From assembly GCA_048940925.1 (NCBI GenBank), contig JBHLOC010000017.1:22636-86635 (forward strand): 64,000 bases of DNA, read 5' to 3'. Shown here piece by piece: positions 30,439-41,112 of this stretch. The translations under genes were made by a program, and so were the position numbers. Each line of letters starts with the position of its first letter. The first letter of the stretch is position 1. This stretch comes from Promethearchaeota archaeon (lineage in GTDB: Archaea > Asgardarchaeota > Lokiarchaeia > Sigyniarchaeales > SOKP01). The notes below the pieces were generated by a model. The model was not told the origin of the DNA, ran no database searches, and saw nothing but the letters and a program-made list of their open reading frames with translations.

Positions 30439-31437
30439 TTAATTACCACCCTCCTCTGGTAACCAACAAGCTACTGGATTTTTATTTTTTCCTGAAAAGA
30501 AAAATGGGGGATAGTTATCCTTGCATTTTTCCAATTTATATGGACACCGTGGATAAAATCTGCAACCTTTAGGGGGACGCTTCAAATCTGGAGGTCTTCC
30601 TGGAATTCCCTCTAATTTTGTTTCGGCAGATCCATCTGGGTTAAAACACGCAATTGAATTTATCAACATTTTAGTATATGGATGTTGAGGATAATTAATA
30701 ATATCGTCCATACTTGCCTGTTCGACAATTTTACCAGCATACATTATTATGCATGTATTGCAGATTTGAGCTAAGGTGGGAAGATCATGAGAAATAAATA
30801 ATATCGTCTCAACTATTCCTATTTCCTTTAGATTTTTTAATGTTTTTATCAAAAGTTGTTGAGTAGTGACATCTAATGCACTTGTTGGTTCGTCTACAAT
30901 CAAAATAATTGGATTCCATAGAGAAGATATTCCTACAACGACACGTTGCTTCATCCCTCCACTAAGTTCATGTGGATATTTATCTATAACTGATTTTTCT
31001 AAACCTAATTTTTTAAAGTGTTCGATTACTCGGTGTAAGACTTTTTCTTTATTTTTAGGTTTTGTCCCTACGCGTTCCCTCATTGCATCTATTATAAAAT
31101 CTTTAATCTTTTTAACTGGGTTTAATGAATTCAGGGAAGCTTGAGGCACATATCCAATCACTTTACAGAGTATTTCTTTTCTTATAACTTCCTCATCTAA
31201 TTCATACATTGACATATCATTAACATAAACTTGTCCTCCTTCATGTTGCAGCATCTGTATTGGTGTTCCTGTTATTAGCTCTGCTAGAGATGTTTTTCCG
31301 CAGCCAGATTCACCTGCTATTGCAACAATATCTCCTTTTTTAACAGATAAAGATACACCATCAACAGCATGAACAATTCCAAATGATCCTCTATAATAAC
31401 CTTTAAGATCTTGTATCTTAATTACTTCTTGAGTCAT
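30439..31437 (-). CDS. oppD: Opp/Dpp-type ABC transporter ATP-binding subunit with Fe-S tail
   Basis: GESGCGKT, LSGGMKQR, DEPTSALD and GCRFYPRC. Confidence 0.9.
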   Translation of the reverse strand: MTQEVIKIQDLKGYYRGSFGIVHAVDGVSLSVKKGDIVAIAGESGCGKTSLAELITGTPIQMLQHEGGQVYVNDMSMYELDEEVIRKEILCKVIGYVPQASLNSLNPVKKIKDFIIDAMRERVGTKPKNKEKVLHRVIEHFKKLGLEKSVIDKYPHELSGGMKQRVVVGISSLWNPIILIVDEPTSALDVTTQQLLIKTLKNLKEIGIVETILFISHDLPTLAQICNTCIIMYAGKIVEQASMDDIINYPQHPYTKMLINSIACFNPDGSAETKLEGIPGRPPDLKRPPKGCRFYPRCPYKLEKCKDNYPPFFFSGKNKNPVACWLPEEGGN

Positions 31438-31465
31438 ATTTAAATTTCTTACTCTTTTTAATATT

Positions 31466-32386
31466 TTATTTTGTTCTTTGTTCGAATGTTCTACTTAGAC
31501 TAGATTGTACAACAAAAAATGATAGATATATTAATATCAAGCAAATTCCGGGAGGTATCCATAGCCAATAACTAAATGAAGTTATCCAAGCAAAATCTAC
31601 TGCATGATTTAATAATAAACCTAATGTTAACCAATTTTGTTGTCCCAAGCCAATCATAGCTATTCCTGCTTCAATTATAATTGCATTACCTAAAAAAATA
31701 ATAAAGGCTAAGAGAACATATGGTAACACATTAGGTAAAACTTCAGTGAAAGCTATTCTCATATCTTTTAAGGCTGACATTTTTGAAACTTTTATAAAAT
31801 TTCTTTCTTTTAATGTTAATACTTGAGATCTAATAGAACGTGCAGCCCAAGGCCAAGTGAATAATGCAATAACTAACATCGTTATCCACCATTCACGAAT
31901 TTCTAAAATGGCTGACATTAATAAGATGAAAGGTATCTGGGGAAAAACTAAAGCAATATTCGTCATAAAGGAAGCAATAGCATCTACAACTCCTCCTTTA
32001 AAGGGCCCAACTATACCTAGAAACACAGCTATACCAGTACAAATCCCACCAGTAACTAACCCAAATGCTAAAGAATTTCTAACAGCATGTAAAAGACGAG
32101 TTAACTGATCCCTTCCAGCTTGATCAGTACCTAACAAATGTTTAAGTGAAGGTTTAGCGTAATTATCTAATGAAACATCGCGTATTACCCAATATCGTTT
32201 TTCAGGATCATTAAAGGGGGGTATTAATGTTAAAATTACAATTATGAGTACTACAATAAAAAAAACTAACATCAAAATAATTTGCCGTTTATATCGATCC
32301 ATTGCGGCATGAAATTTTTCTTTGATGATCTCCTTTGTACTTATTATTTCTTTTAATTCTTCCCAATTATTTATTTCTTTCGCCAT
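31466..32386 (-). CDS. oppC: Opp-type ABC transporter permease
   Basis: HLLGTDQAGRD, WAARSIRSQVL and WLWIPPG. Confidence 0.9.
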   Translation of the reverse strand: MAKEINNWEELKEIISTKEIIKEKFHAAMDRYKRQIILMLVFFIVVLIIVILTLIPPFNDPEKRYWVIRDVSLDNYAKPSLKHLLGTDQAGRDQLTRLLHAVRNSLAFGLVTGGICTGIAVFLGIVGPFKGGVVDAIASFMTNIALVFPQIPFILLMSAILEIREWWITMLVIALFTWPWAARSIRSQVLTLKERNFIKVSKMSALKDMRIAFTEVLPNVLPYVLLAFIIFLGNAIIIEAGIAMIGLGQQNWLTLGLLLNHAVDFAWITSFSYWLWIPPGICLILIYLSFFVVQSSLSRTFEQRTK

Positions 32387-32388
32387 AT

Positions 32389-33486
32389 TTATGCTTCTCC
32401 TTTACCTCCCACTCGTATTCTTGGATCAAGAAGTCCATAACTCAAATCTATAAGATAATTCCCCACAACTACAACTAAAATAGTTACTATAAAAGTTCCA
32501 ATAATCAATGAATAATCCAGCGCTTGAAAAGCTCGAAGCATTGTATATCCTAAACCAGGAAATCTAAAGATTACTTCTGTAATCAAGGTTGCTCCAATAA
32601 GCCCATTAAATCGTAAATTTAATCCAGTAAATTGGGGCAATATACTATTACGATATGCATATTTACGTAATGTACTGTCCCTAAATCCTAATTTTTTTCC
32701 ATATGATATATAATCCTCAGCTTTTTCATAAGCCATAAGTGCATATGCTCCAGTTGCCCACCCTCCAATGTTTGTGACAAGTAAAACAATAAAAGGTAGC
32801 CAATAATGGTCAAATATTGTAGAGATTGTACCCCAATCCCATGCCCAATTAGGTACAGATTCTCCCCAAGGGAACCAGTCTAATTGAAGAACAAATATAT
32901 CCAATAATACATAACCCATCCAAAAAAATGGTGCTACTTGTAAAATCACGAAAATATAATAGACTACTTTATCTTTTTTACTTTGGTTATACCCAGTACG
33001 GGCACCAATCCAATTTCCAATGAAGAAAGAAAGTACTAAAACTGGAACAACTAACATCAAAGTATAGGGAAGTGCCATTAAAACTATATTTACTACAGGT
33101 TCAAAGCTTTTCGTCGTAGATACCCCTAAATCAAAGTTAAAAAAGAAACTTTTTAAGAAATTAAGGTATTGAACATGCAAAGGATAATTTAATCCTAAAT
33201 ATTCTTCCAAGCCCTTTATAAGTTCTCGCCATGCTTCTGGATCGGTTCCCGGTGGTCTTTGATAAATATATTCTAAAGGATTTCCTGGTACCAGTCTTGG
33301 TATTAGAAAAGCCATTGAGATTGCTATGAAAAATACAACAAAATAGAAAATTCCTCTTTTAATTGCCATATGTAGAAGGGAATTTGAAGTGATTTTTTTA
33401 ATAATACTCTTTTCACTTGATTTTGAGAGTGTTTCTTGTTTTTCAAGTTCCTTTTTCTCTATTATATCCATTTCTGTTGTTTTCAT
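32389..33486 (-). CDS. oppB: Opp-type ABC transporter permease
   Basis: PRLVPGNP, EVIFRFPGLG and DLSYGLLDPRIR. Confidence 0.9.
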   Translation of the reverse strand: MKTTEMDIIEKKELEKQETLSKSSEKSIIKKITSNSLLHMAIKRGIFYFVVFFIAISMAFLIPRLVPGNPLEYIYQRPPGTDPEAWRELIKGLEEYLGLNYPLHVQYLNFLKSFFFNFDLGVSTTKSFEPVVNIVLMALPYTLMLVVPVLVLSFFIGNWIGARTGYNQSKKDKVVYYIFVILQVAPFFWMGYVLLDIFVLQLDWFPWGESVPNWAWDWGTISTIFDHYWLPFIVLLVTNIGGWATGAYALMAYEKAEDYISYGKKLGFRDSTLRKYAYRNSILPQFTGLNLRFNGLIGATLITEVIFRFPGLGYTMLRAFQALDYSLIIGTFIVTILVVVVGNYLIDLSYGLLDPRIRVGGKGEA

Positions 33487-33612
33487 TTTAGTATCATTAA
33501 TAAAGAAAGTTGTATATCTTTTATGATTACCTTAATGATTTAAAAATTCAATCGTTATAATTAAAAAAAAAAAAAAAAGTTAGTTTATTTTTGAAATTAC
33601 ATGCAGATATAT

Positions 33613-35571
33613 TTATTCCCTCTTTCTTTTTAATCTAAAAACTGTAACTGCTGCTATAGAAATGATCCCAATCAATATAAAGAGTTCTAAACCAAACCAT
33701 GGAATCACTCCCTTAGAAGGGAGTTTTCTGCCTGTGGATTCCAAGTTCAACAATAACCTTGTTTTAATTGCAAATTGATCATTTGTCCAAGTTGTACAAA
33801 TTTGTTGGAAATTATTCTTGGCATTAGTCCAGCCATCCCAAAGGAATCCATTGTAAGCATACCAGTAGCCATTAACAAAGCCAGGAATTTCTGGAACTTC
33901 TTGAGCTAAAATTTCTTGCATACGATTCAGATTTGCCTTATAAACTGTTTCATTTGCACTTTCAAGGGTCTGCCATAAAGCTTCAAATTCTTTATTCTGC
34001 CAATTAGTTGCATTTTTATTCCATAGGTGTACTCCTCTCATATAATCAAGAAATCTTTGAGGAGGATCTGATATTCGGTTTCCAACACAAAATAGAGCGA
34101 AGTCAAAGTCATTATCTGCTATCTTAGGTTGAAAAACTTTTTCATAATCAACTTGTGTGGCTTCAATCTCAATTCCCAAGTTTTCTTTAATATCTGCACA
34201 AACCATCTCCGTATATGACACAACATCACTCCAACCAGTAGGAACGATTGCTTCGTAGGGTCCAACTTTTTTATCGTTATATTTCCAGCCGTCATCTTCA
34301 TTACCTGTCATACCAGTTATGTTTTTTAATATTGCTATAGCTTTATCAACATCCAAAGATTTTTCATATTTTTCAGTAACAGATGCATTATAATATGGTT
34401 TATGTAATGCGCTATTATCATCAATATATCCCGGTTTCGATGTTGTCCAGTATCCAGAAGCAGCTGCATCAGGAATAGGTTCATAATTAATAGCATATGA
34501 TAAAGCTTCTCTGAATTCTTTTACTCCTAATGGTGAATCTTTAAGAAGATGATTCGGGGCAAGAGTTATAAGTGTACTCGCAGCTAATTGGTAAGGTTCT
34601 TCATGACCATACCAACAACTAATATATGATTTGACAGATCCCTCTTTAGCTCCTTCCCAAATATCCCAGATATGATGATAATAACCAGCATATAAATCAA
34701 TATTTCCTTTGATAAAGGCGAGATCTTGTTCGGTATTAGTAGCAAATCTAACACCTCCGATATATTTTGGAGGTTCCTTATCTGCGTTAGGGATATCTTG
34801 GTATAGCACTCCTGCTCCCCACCAGTCCTCTCTATACTGATATGCACATGTTGATTCTGATGCATCTCTGTAAACAGGAGCATAAGGACCAGAAATCACT
34901 TTCCATTTGTCAGGAACATCTTCTGAATCAAACCAATCATATTGATAGGTTCCTAAATCCATAGTATCCTTCTCTTCCACAATTTCAGTCCATACATCTT
35001 TAGGTACAATTGGAATATTATACTCAATCCAAATTTCAACCTGTCTACTATGGTTATAACCTGCTGTTGTGTTAATATCAAATCGCACAGTATCCTTATC
35101 TACTTTAGTAAAGTTGGTGAATCTCGCTGAAAAATCCTTTGTATATCTAGCTTGTGCTTGAGCAAGTTCATAACTATAAACTACATCATCAGCATCAATA
35201 GTTTCACCATTAGACCATTTAGCCTTAGAATTTAAGTCTATAGTAATACTATCACCAGTTTTACTCCATGAATAGTTAGTACCTATACATGGGATGAGTT
35301 TTCCTTTTTCACTATTATAACCAAATAAAGATTCATACATTAATTCTGAACCTGGTGGTAAATTAGTACTCCATGGGAGAAATTGAGTTGGAGAATCATA
35401 ACTTCCTGTCATCCATACAGTTTCCTCTCGAGGAGGTTCTTTTGTAAGAATTGCGGGAAGTTCTGTATTAGCAGGTTTCACTCGCGCTTGGGTTATAGGG
35501 ATCATAGTTATTGCCATCAAAAACAATAACCCAAATAATATTGTTATTGGTAATGTTTTGCCAAATCTCAT
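33613..35571 (-). CDS. oppA: Family-5 extracellular solute-binding protein (probably oligosaccharide-binding) with a C-terminal membrane anchor
   Basis: Signal peptide, YESLFGYN, KWSNGETIDADDVVYSY, FREALSYAIN and VPTGWSD. Ends with IPWFG, a TM helix and KRKRE. Confidence 0.88.
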   Translation of the reverse strand: MRFGKTLPITILFGLLFLMAITMIPITQARVKPANTELPAILTKEPPREETVWMTGSYDSPTQFLPWSTNLPPGSELMYESLFGYNSEKGKLIPCIGTNYSWSKTGDSITIDLNSKAKWSNGETIDADDVVYSYELAQAQARYTKDFSARFTNFTKVDKDTVRFDINTTAGYNHSRQVEIWIEYNIPIVPKDVWTEIVEEKDTMDLGTYQYDWFDSEDVPDKWKVISGPYAPVYRDASESTCAYQYREDWWGAGVLYQDIPNADKEPPKYIGGVRFATNTEQDLAFIKGNIDLYAGYYHHIWDIWEGAKEGSVKSYISCWYGHEEPYQLAASTLITLAPNHLLKDSPLGVKEFREALSYAINYEPIPDAAASGYWTTSKPGYIDDNSALHKPYYNASVTEKYEKSLDVDKAIAILKNITGMTGNEDDGWKYNDKKVGPYEAIVPTGWSDVVSYTEMVCADIKENLGIEIEATQVDYEKVFQPKIADNDFDFALFCVGNRISDPPQRFLDYMRGVHLWNKNATNWQNKEFEALWQTLESANETVYKANLNRMQEILAQEVPEIPGFVNGYWYAYNGFLWDGWTNAKNNFQQICTTWTNDQFAIKTRLLLNLESTGRKLPSKGVIPWFGLELFILIGIISIAAVTVFRLKRKRE

Positions 35572-35677
35572 TTTTTATTTCCCAAATTACTTTTTTTTAA
35601 ATTGGATTTTCAATATAGATTTTAGTGAAAAAATATGTTTATTTTTAAACACTTCATTTTTTCAATTTTTTTTTTTA

Positions 35678-35740
35678 AATATACTAAAAATATAGTATAT
35701 TATTTCTATATTTTTCTTTTTTTTTATATAAACTTTTCGG
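35678..35740 (-). promoter_or_regulatory. BRE/TATA promoter of the ABC-GH94 operon with a palindromic operator over the predicted start site
   Basis: Minus strand CCGAAAAG-TTTATATA (35740-35725). Perfect inverted repeat AATATACTA-N6-TAGTATATT at 35678-35701. Confidence 0.6.
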
Positions 35741-35937
35741 TTTTTTCTTTTATTTCGATATAGTTTTACTAAGTAATAAAGCTTAAGATGTCATTCTATA
35801 GGAAATTTTTAAATATAAATTTAAAAACTTTAAATATTATCATTAATGTAAAAAATACTATATTTATAGATAAATTTATTTTTTATTATATCAAATATCT
35901 TTTATAAGAAGAGGATTTTATAAGTAGAGGAATAATT

Positions 35938-37335
35938 ATGCAAAGAGAATTAAAACCAGATGATGCCTCAAAAATAATTTTAGAGTCCTATAAAGATATT
36001 ACGACTGTTTTAAAGGCTGCTGGATCTTCAAAACGACTTGTAATATTGGCATATCTCTTAAAAGGACCTAAAAGTTTTTCATTTATGTTGGAACGATTAA
36101 AAATTAAGCGTACTACGATTAATCATCATCTCGATCTACTTTTAAGATCAAGATTAATCGAAAAAGAAGAATGGGGAAGATATCAAATAACCGAAGCTGG
36201 TATCGAGTTTATTGTAAATATTATTAAATCCTATCGAGTTATTAGTGATATCAACCAAAATGAACAAGAAAAAATATTGAATGAATGGCCTGAATGGCCA
36301 GATTTTTTAAAAGAACCTAGAATAATCAACGAGAACAAGGTTAGTAATCCAGCTTTGTACGAAGGGGGTTGGAATTCCTACATATCCACAATCACGGGAG
36401 TTCTAAACTTTTTGGGAGTTCAGCATGATTATGTTTATATAAGCGGTATTACAGGTTATTGCTTTCTTGTAAGCATACCTGGAATAATTAGAACGTCTCT
36501 TATTAAGGAGACTAACCCCCCTGATGCATGGCAAGAAATCTATAGAGGTACTGAATCATTTGGTTGGAAATTAAATAAATGGGAAGAAAGCAGGAATAGC
36601 CCTGGAAAATGGAATTTAATAGGTGAAGATCTTGAATTAGGATTAAAAGTATTCAATCAAGTTAAAGAAATTATAGATAACGATATACCAGTAATATTAT
36701 TCGGTATCCACGGTGCAGGTTTCGGGATTATCAATGGTTATAGAAATGATAGTTATCTTGTAAGTAGTTACTTTCGTAAAGAAGGGCGGAATGAAGTCCC
36801 TGTTCGATTCGATCAACTCAGAATACTGGATAAATTTATTTATTATTATTTCGACAAAAAAAAGGAAATTGAAGAAATTGAAGTTATAGAAAAAGAAGCT
36901 TTGGAGCGGGCTTTAGAATTTGCTAAAGGTACAAAATATACCAATAGAGGATACTATGTTGGTCCTCAAGCATACGATTTCTGGATATATATGCTAAATG
37001 AGGGAAAGGAAGAAAATATAGATAAATTTGGTAATAGTGTTTTGGGAATTTATTTTTTTGATGCTAAAGATGTTACATTCGAGTATTTAGATCGGTTAGC
37101 TCGTAAATATAAAAACACCCCACAGGGAGTAAATTTAAAGGAAGCAAGTAAAAGTTATAGGGATGCTAAAATAAATTTAGAAAAGTTTACTGTACTCTTT
37201 CCATACTTCGAACCAGAGAATAGCAATCTTACAATGGATAAAAGGAAGAAAGGTGCAGAAATTCTTGAAAAAGTAAAGATAAGTGAAACAGAAGCAATCA
37301 ACAATTTAGAAAAATCAGTCGAAAAATGGACTTAA
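35938..37335 (+). CDS. ArsR-type wHTH transcriptional regulator with a large C-terminal domain
   Basis: N-terminal KRLVILAYL...TINHHLDLL...GRYQITEAG. Divergent from oppA. Confidence 0.8.
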   Translation: MQRELKPDDASKIILESYKDITTVLKAAGSSKRLVILAYLLKGPKSFSFMLERLKIKRTTINHHLDLLLRSRLIEKEEWGRYQITEAGIEFIVNIIKSYRVISDINQNEQEKILNEWPEWPDFLKEPRIINENKVSNPALYEGGWNSYISTITGVLNFLGVQHDYVYISGITGYCFLVSIPGIIRTSLIKETNPPDAWQEIYRGTESFGWKLNKWEESRNSPGKWNLIGEDLELGLKVFNQVKEIIDNDIPVILFGIHGAGFGIINGYRNDSYLVSSYFRKEGRNEVPVRFDQLRILDKFIYYYFDKKKEIEEIEVIEKEALERALEFAKGTKYTNRGYYVGPQAYDFWIYMLNEGKEENIDKFGNSVLGIYFFDAKDVTFEYLDRLARKYKNTPQGVNLKEASKSYRDAKINLEKFTVLFPYFEPENSNLTMDKRKKGAEILEKVKISETEAINNLEKSVEKWT

Positions 37336-37411
37336 TTATTATCAATTATCTCTTTTCGTTATATTTATGTTTTAAAATGAAGAAAAATCTATAAATTTAG
37401 ATAATTTAAAA

Positions 37412-38431
37412 TCATTCGTTCATAGTATATATAAAATTTCTTTCTCCTAGAATTTTATCGATTTCTTTCATTTGGTCCTTATTTAATGGTCCAAATTCCA
37501 TTGCTTGAATGTTTTCTTCAACTTGTTTTACTGTTTTAAATCCCGGAATAGGAATTGTTTTGTCGCTACGAGCCCAATTCCATGATAAAGCACCTTGAGC
37601 CATAGAACGCCCATCGCTCATGAGTACTTCTTTTATTTTTTCCAACTTTCCTAACCATTCTGGATCTGGTTTTCCCTCTTTGAAATATTTCAACCATTCA
37701 GGTGCATTTTTTCCTCTAACATCATTATCAGGTAATTTTGAATTTGCTGAATATTTTCCAGTAAGTAATCCCATTGCTAGAACTGTTCGATTCACACTTG
37801 CCAAATTGTTTTTTTCACATAGCTCGATTATTTCTCTTGTATCATGGAGAACATTTAACTCATGTTGAATCGCTACACAATTTGAATTCTTCACAAAATA
37901 TTCAGATAAATCTGAAAGATCTGTACTCCAACCATAAGACTTTATTAATCCCTCACTATTCAATTCGTCTAGGGTGTCTCTAACAGAAATGAGATCTTCT
38001 TTTGAAACAGACCAACAGTGTAACCAATATAAATCAATATAATCTGTATTTAATCGTTTTAAAGATGATTCACAAGCTTTTCTAATATATTCTGGCGTTA
38101 TATTTGTCCCTGTTATTTTTTTACGTTCTTTATCAAAGGTGTTCCCGAATTTTGTAGCTATAATAATATCATCTCTACATCCATTAAGTACTTTACCAAG
38201 GATTTCTTCACTATGCCCTGCGCCATATACATCTGCTGTGTCAAAGAAATTAACTCCTAAATCTATGGCACGATTAATTGCTCTAATTGACTCATTATCA
38301 TTAACGGTTCCATAACCTGCCTCAGTGCCTTCTACACGAGAAATTGGTCCACCAATAGCCCAGCAACCTAAACCTAAAGCACTTACTTTAATTCCTGTTT
38401 TTCCTAAAATTCTTTTCTTCATTTTTCCCAT
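37412..38431 (-). CDS. Aldo/keto reductase
   Basis: LGLGCWAIGG, FDTADVYG, IATKFG, SLKRLNTDYIDLYWLH and PIPG. Confidence 0.93.
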   Translation of the reverse strand: MGKMKKRILGKTGIKVSALGLGCWAIGGPISRVEGTEAGYGTVNDNESIRAINRAIDLGVNFFDTADVYGAGHSEEILGKVLNGCRDDIIIATKFGNTFDKERKKITGTNITPEYIRKACESSLKRLNTDYIDLYWLHCWSVSKEDLISVRDTLDELNSEGLIKSYGWSTDLSDLSEYFVKNSNCVAIQHELNVLHDTREIIELCEKNNLASVNRTVLAMGLLTGKYSANSKLPDNDVRGKNAPEWLKYFKEGKPDPEWLGKLEKIKEVLMSDGRSMAQGALSWNWARSDKTIPIPGFKTVKQVEENIQAMEFGPLNKDQMKEIDKILGERNFIYTMNE

Positions 38432-38682
38432 TTTGTATCACTCATATATCAGAAAGACAATTAATTTTAAATTTCTCATTGTAATAAATAATATTTTTTA
38501 TTTGTCAACATCGATTTTAATTTTTTTTTATATCTATATTGTGTGAGAGCAACAAAAAACGAAGATTACAACCCAGATTAACAAATAAATCTCATTCTAT
38601 TAAAATATATTAAATTGAGAGAAATTAGATAGGATGAATACAACAATTTAATTGTATTTTAAGAAAAATGAAATTTAAAAAT

Positions 38683-38772
38683 TTAATTAATACGGATAAC
38701 CATCTGGGGCGTAATTATAATGACTTTCTCATGGGTTTTATATTTTTTCTCGTCTGGATGTATTCGATACAT
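38683..38772 (-). CDS. Candidate 29-aa microprotein MYRIHPDEKKYKTHEKVIIITPQMVIRIN
   Basis: GAGGT RBS 7 nt before the ATG and a TTTATATAG box near 38849-38857. Divergent from the RHH gene. Confidence 0.45.
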   Translation of the reverse strand: MYRIHPDEKKYKTHEKVIIITPQMVIRIN

Positions 38773-38979
38773 TTTCTTTACCTCTTAATATTGTAATAAA
38801 TAGCAATAAAAAATTTAAATGTATTACAATTAATTAAATGTATTCATACTATATAAATATTTCTGATTTAAGATAGATTATCAGCTGATAGATATTATTA
38901 AATATGATTCAGAAATATTTATGAAGTTTAAGATATTACATTAGATCAGATGTATTTAAAGTGAAAAATATCTTTTAAC

Positions 38980-39636
38980 GTGAAAAGAGTGCCAAATAAA
39001 AAACTTACGTCTAATATAATTACTCTCCGCTTGGATAAATTTATAATTGACGAAATTGAACTTATCAAAGATACCTATGGTATCAAATCTACATCAAAGA
39101 TAATTAAACAAGCACTTAACCAATATCTCACTATGAATCCTATAAATCCCGAAAGACCAAATCCTAAAGTAATTTTGAGTCATAACATTCTTTCTCGCTT
39201 GCTGGAAGCAGCTGATGATAAAACCTTGGAGGAAATGGCTGAGATATCTTTTCAAAACGGAAAATCAGATCAAGAACAATGGGAAATTCGGGCCCAGACA
39301 AACAATTGTAAATTACCTTGTAAATATATTTCCAGTAATCTTGAACATGTAATCGAATTAACAAAATCTGTTTTTACTGTGGATGGTCAAAATTGGCTTG
39401 AAAGCGTCTCATACTCACAAAAAGGAAATGAGTTTATTTTTGAAGGAGAACATGACATGGTGCATAATTTTTCAATTTTTATTAAATACCTTCTCTCGAA
39501 ATATTTAGCAGGGGATGGTTATGAATTAATTCAAGAGGATTATTCCCAAATTCGTCGAATTGAAAAAAATTCTGGTGGGAGTTCTTCTGAAAAGTTATTA
39601 AATGGAATGAAACTCCATTTTTCGATCCCTGAATAA
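38980..39636 (+). CDS. Ribbon-helix-helix regulator with a C-terminal putative ligand-binding domain
   Basis: IITLRLD beta-ribbon, then helix, then STSKIIKQALNQYL. Confidence 0.7.
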   Translation: MKRVPNKKLTSNIITLRLDKFIIDEIELIKDTYGIKSTSKIIKQALNQYLTMNPINPERPNPKVILSHNILSRLLEAADDKTLEEMAEISFQNGKSDQEQWEIRAQTNNCKLPCKYISSNLEHVIELTKSVFTVDGQNWLESVSYSQKGNEFIFEGEHDMVHNFSIFIKYLLSKYLAGDGYELIQEDYSQIRRIEKNSGGSSSEKLLNGMKLHFSIPE

Positions 39637-39987
39637 TAATCTACAATTATATTCCGAAAAAAGATGCATGAAAATTGTGTTTTAGTTGTAACCCACCAGA
39701 TCGTTAAACTGAGTTGGATTTTTCGATTCTTTCATCTAAATCATCTTTAAAGTTTGCCATTTCAATGGAGACTAAGAGGAAATTTTTAAGGTTTATGCTT
39801 TTCTTAAATAATCATGCTCTCTTTTATTTTTTTAATTAAAGATTGAGTGATGATTGATTTTATTTATTTATATCGAAATAACATAAATTTTATTGAGATC
39901 TTAGTATTAAAATTAATATAGTTAGATATAAAAGTAGATCATATTAGAAAAGCTTTATTTAGAAGGCCTATCCTGGAATTTCTACGA

Positions 39988-40992
39988 CTAAATTGCATTC
40001 TCTTTAATAAATTCAATTAATTCATCGACTTTTGTATAGGCTAGGCAAGTAACTGTATCTGCAGCACCATAATAGATAGTAATCCGTCCTGTTTTGGAAT
40101 CTGTTAACATTGAACAAGGAAAAAATACATTTGGTACATCTCCAACGCATTCGTATAGCTTTTGAGGAGATAGCAAATAAGGTTTTGTTCTATACAAAAT
40201 TTTCCAAGGTTTTACAAGATCTAATATAGCAGCTCCCATGCTGTAAACAAAACCATTACAAGATGTTAATACTCCATGATATATCAATAACCATCCAATA
40301 TTAGTTTCTATAGGGTTTGGTCCCGCTCCAACTTTTGTAGATTGCCAAGTGAAAGGAATAGGTGTCATGACATGACGATGACAACCCCAATGAATCATAT
40401 CGGGACTTTCACTATAAAATATATCTCCAAAGGGTGTGTGACCATTATCACTTGGGCGATTTAACATTGCATATTTACCGTTAATTTTCCGAGGGAAAAG
40501 AACTCCATTTCTATTGAATGGTAAATAAGCATTTTCCAACTGATAAAAATTCTCAAAATCTTCTGTATATGCTACACCAATCGTAGGTCCATGATAATCA
40601 TTACACCAAGTGACAAAATATTTTTGATCTAATTTTACAAGTCGGGGATCATACCCATATTCGAAATTAGCAATCTCAGGATCCTCACATATAAATTTGA
40701 TTGGATTCTCATCTATTTCCCAAGAATATCCATCATCACTGAATCCTCTATGTAATTTCATTTCTCTGCTTTTATGGTCAACTCTAAAAACTCCTGCAAA
40801 TTTATTTTTATAAGGGACTACAGCACTATTAAAAATACTATTTGATTTTGGTATTAAATCACGGGGTATAATGGGATTTTTTGCTGACCTCCACACAACA
40901 TTTTTGTCATCTGGTGGGCGATCTTCCCAAGGAATATTAGCAAGAGGTTCTCCTATAATTTTAATTTTATCGTTCATAATTTTTTGTAGCAC
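39988..40992 (-). CDS. GH130 beta-mannoside phosphorylase (UhgbMP/RaMP2-like subgroup)
   Basis: IPWEDRP, SNSIFNSAVVP, YDPR, WCNDYHGPTIG, NRNGVLFPRKI, RPSDNGHTPFGDI and GDVPNV. Confidence 0.92.
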   Translation of the reverse strand: MLQKIMNDKIKIIGEPLANIPWEDRPPDDKNVVWRSAKNPIIPRDLIPKSNSIFNSAVVPYKNKFAGVFRVDHKSREMKLHRGFSDDGYSWEIDENPIKFICEDPEIANFEYGYDPRLVKLDQKYFVTWCNDYHGPTIGVAYTEDFENFYQLENAYLPFNRNGVLFPRKINGKYAMLNRPSDNGHTPFGDIFYSESPDMIHWGCHRHVMTPIPFTWQSTKVGAGPNPIETNIGWLLIYHGVLTSCNGFVYSMGAAILDLVKPWKILYRTKPYLLSPQKLYECVGDVPNVFFPCSMLTDSKTGRITIYYGAADTVTCLAYTKVDELIEFIKENAI

Positions 40993-41112
40993 TAAATTAT
41001 CACTTTAAAATACATAAATTAGGATATAAATCTAAGTAAAATTAAAAAACACTATCTTTTGACCTTTTTTATATTTACTCTATATTTTACATATAATTGA
41101 TTAAATTAATTT

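Noticed and set aside
39640-39820. Coding-like fragment on the minus strand between the RHH and GH130 genes
   Set aside because: Multiple stops and no recognisable family, so no call can be supported.
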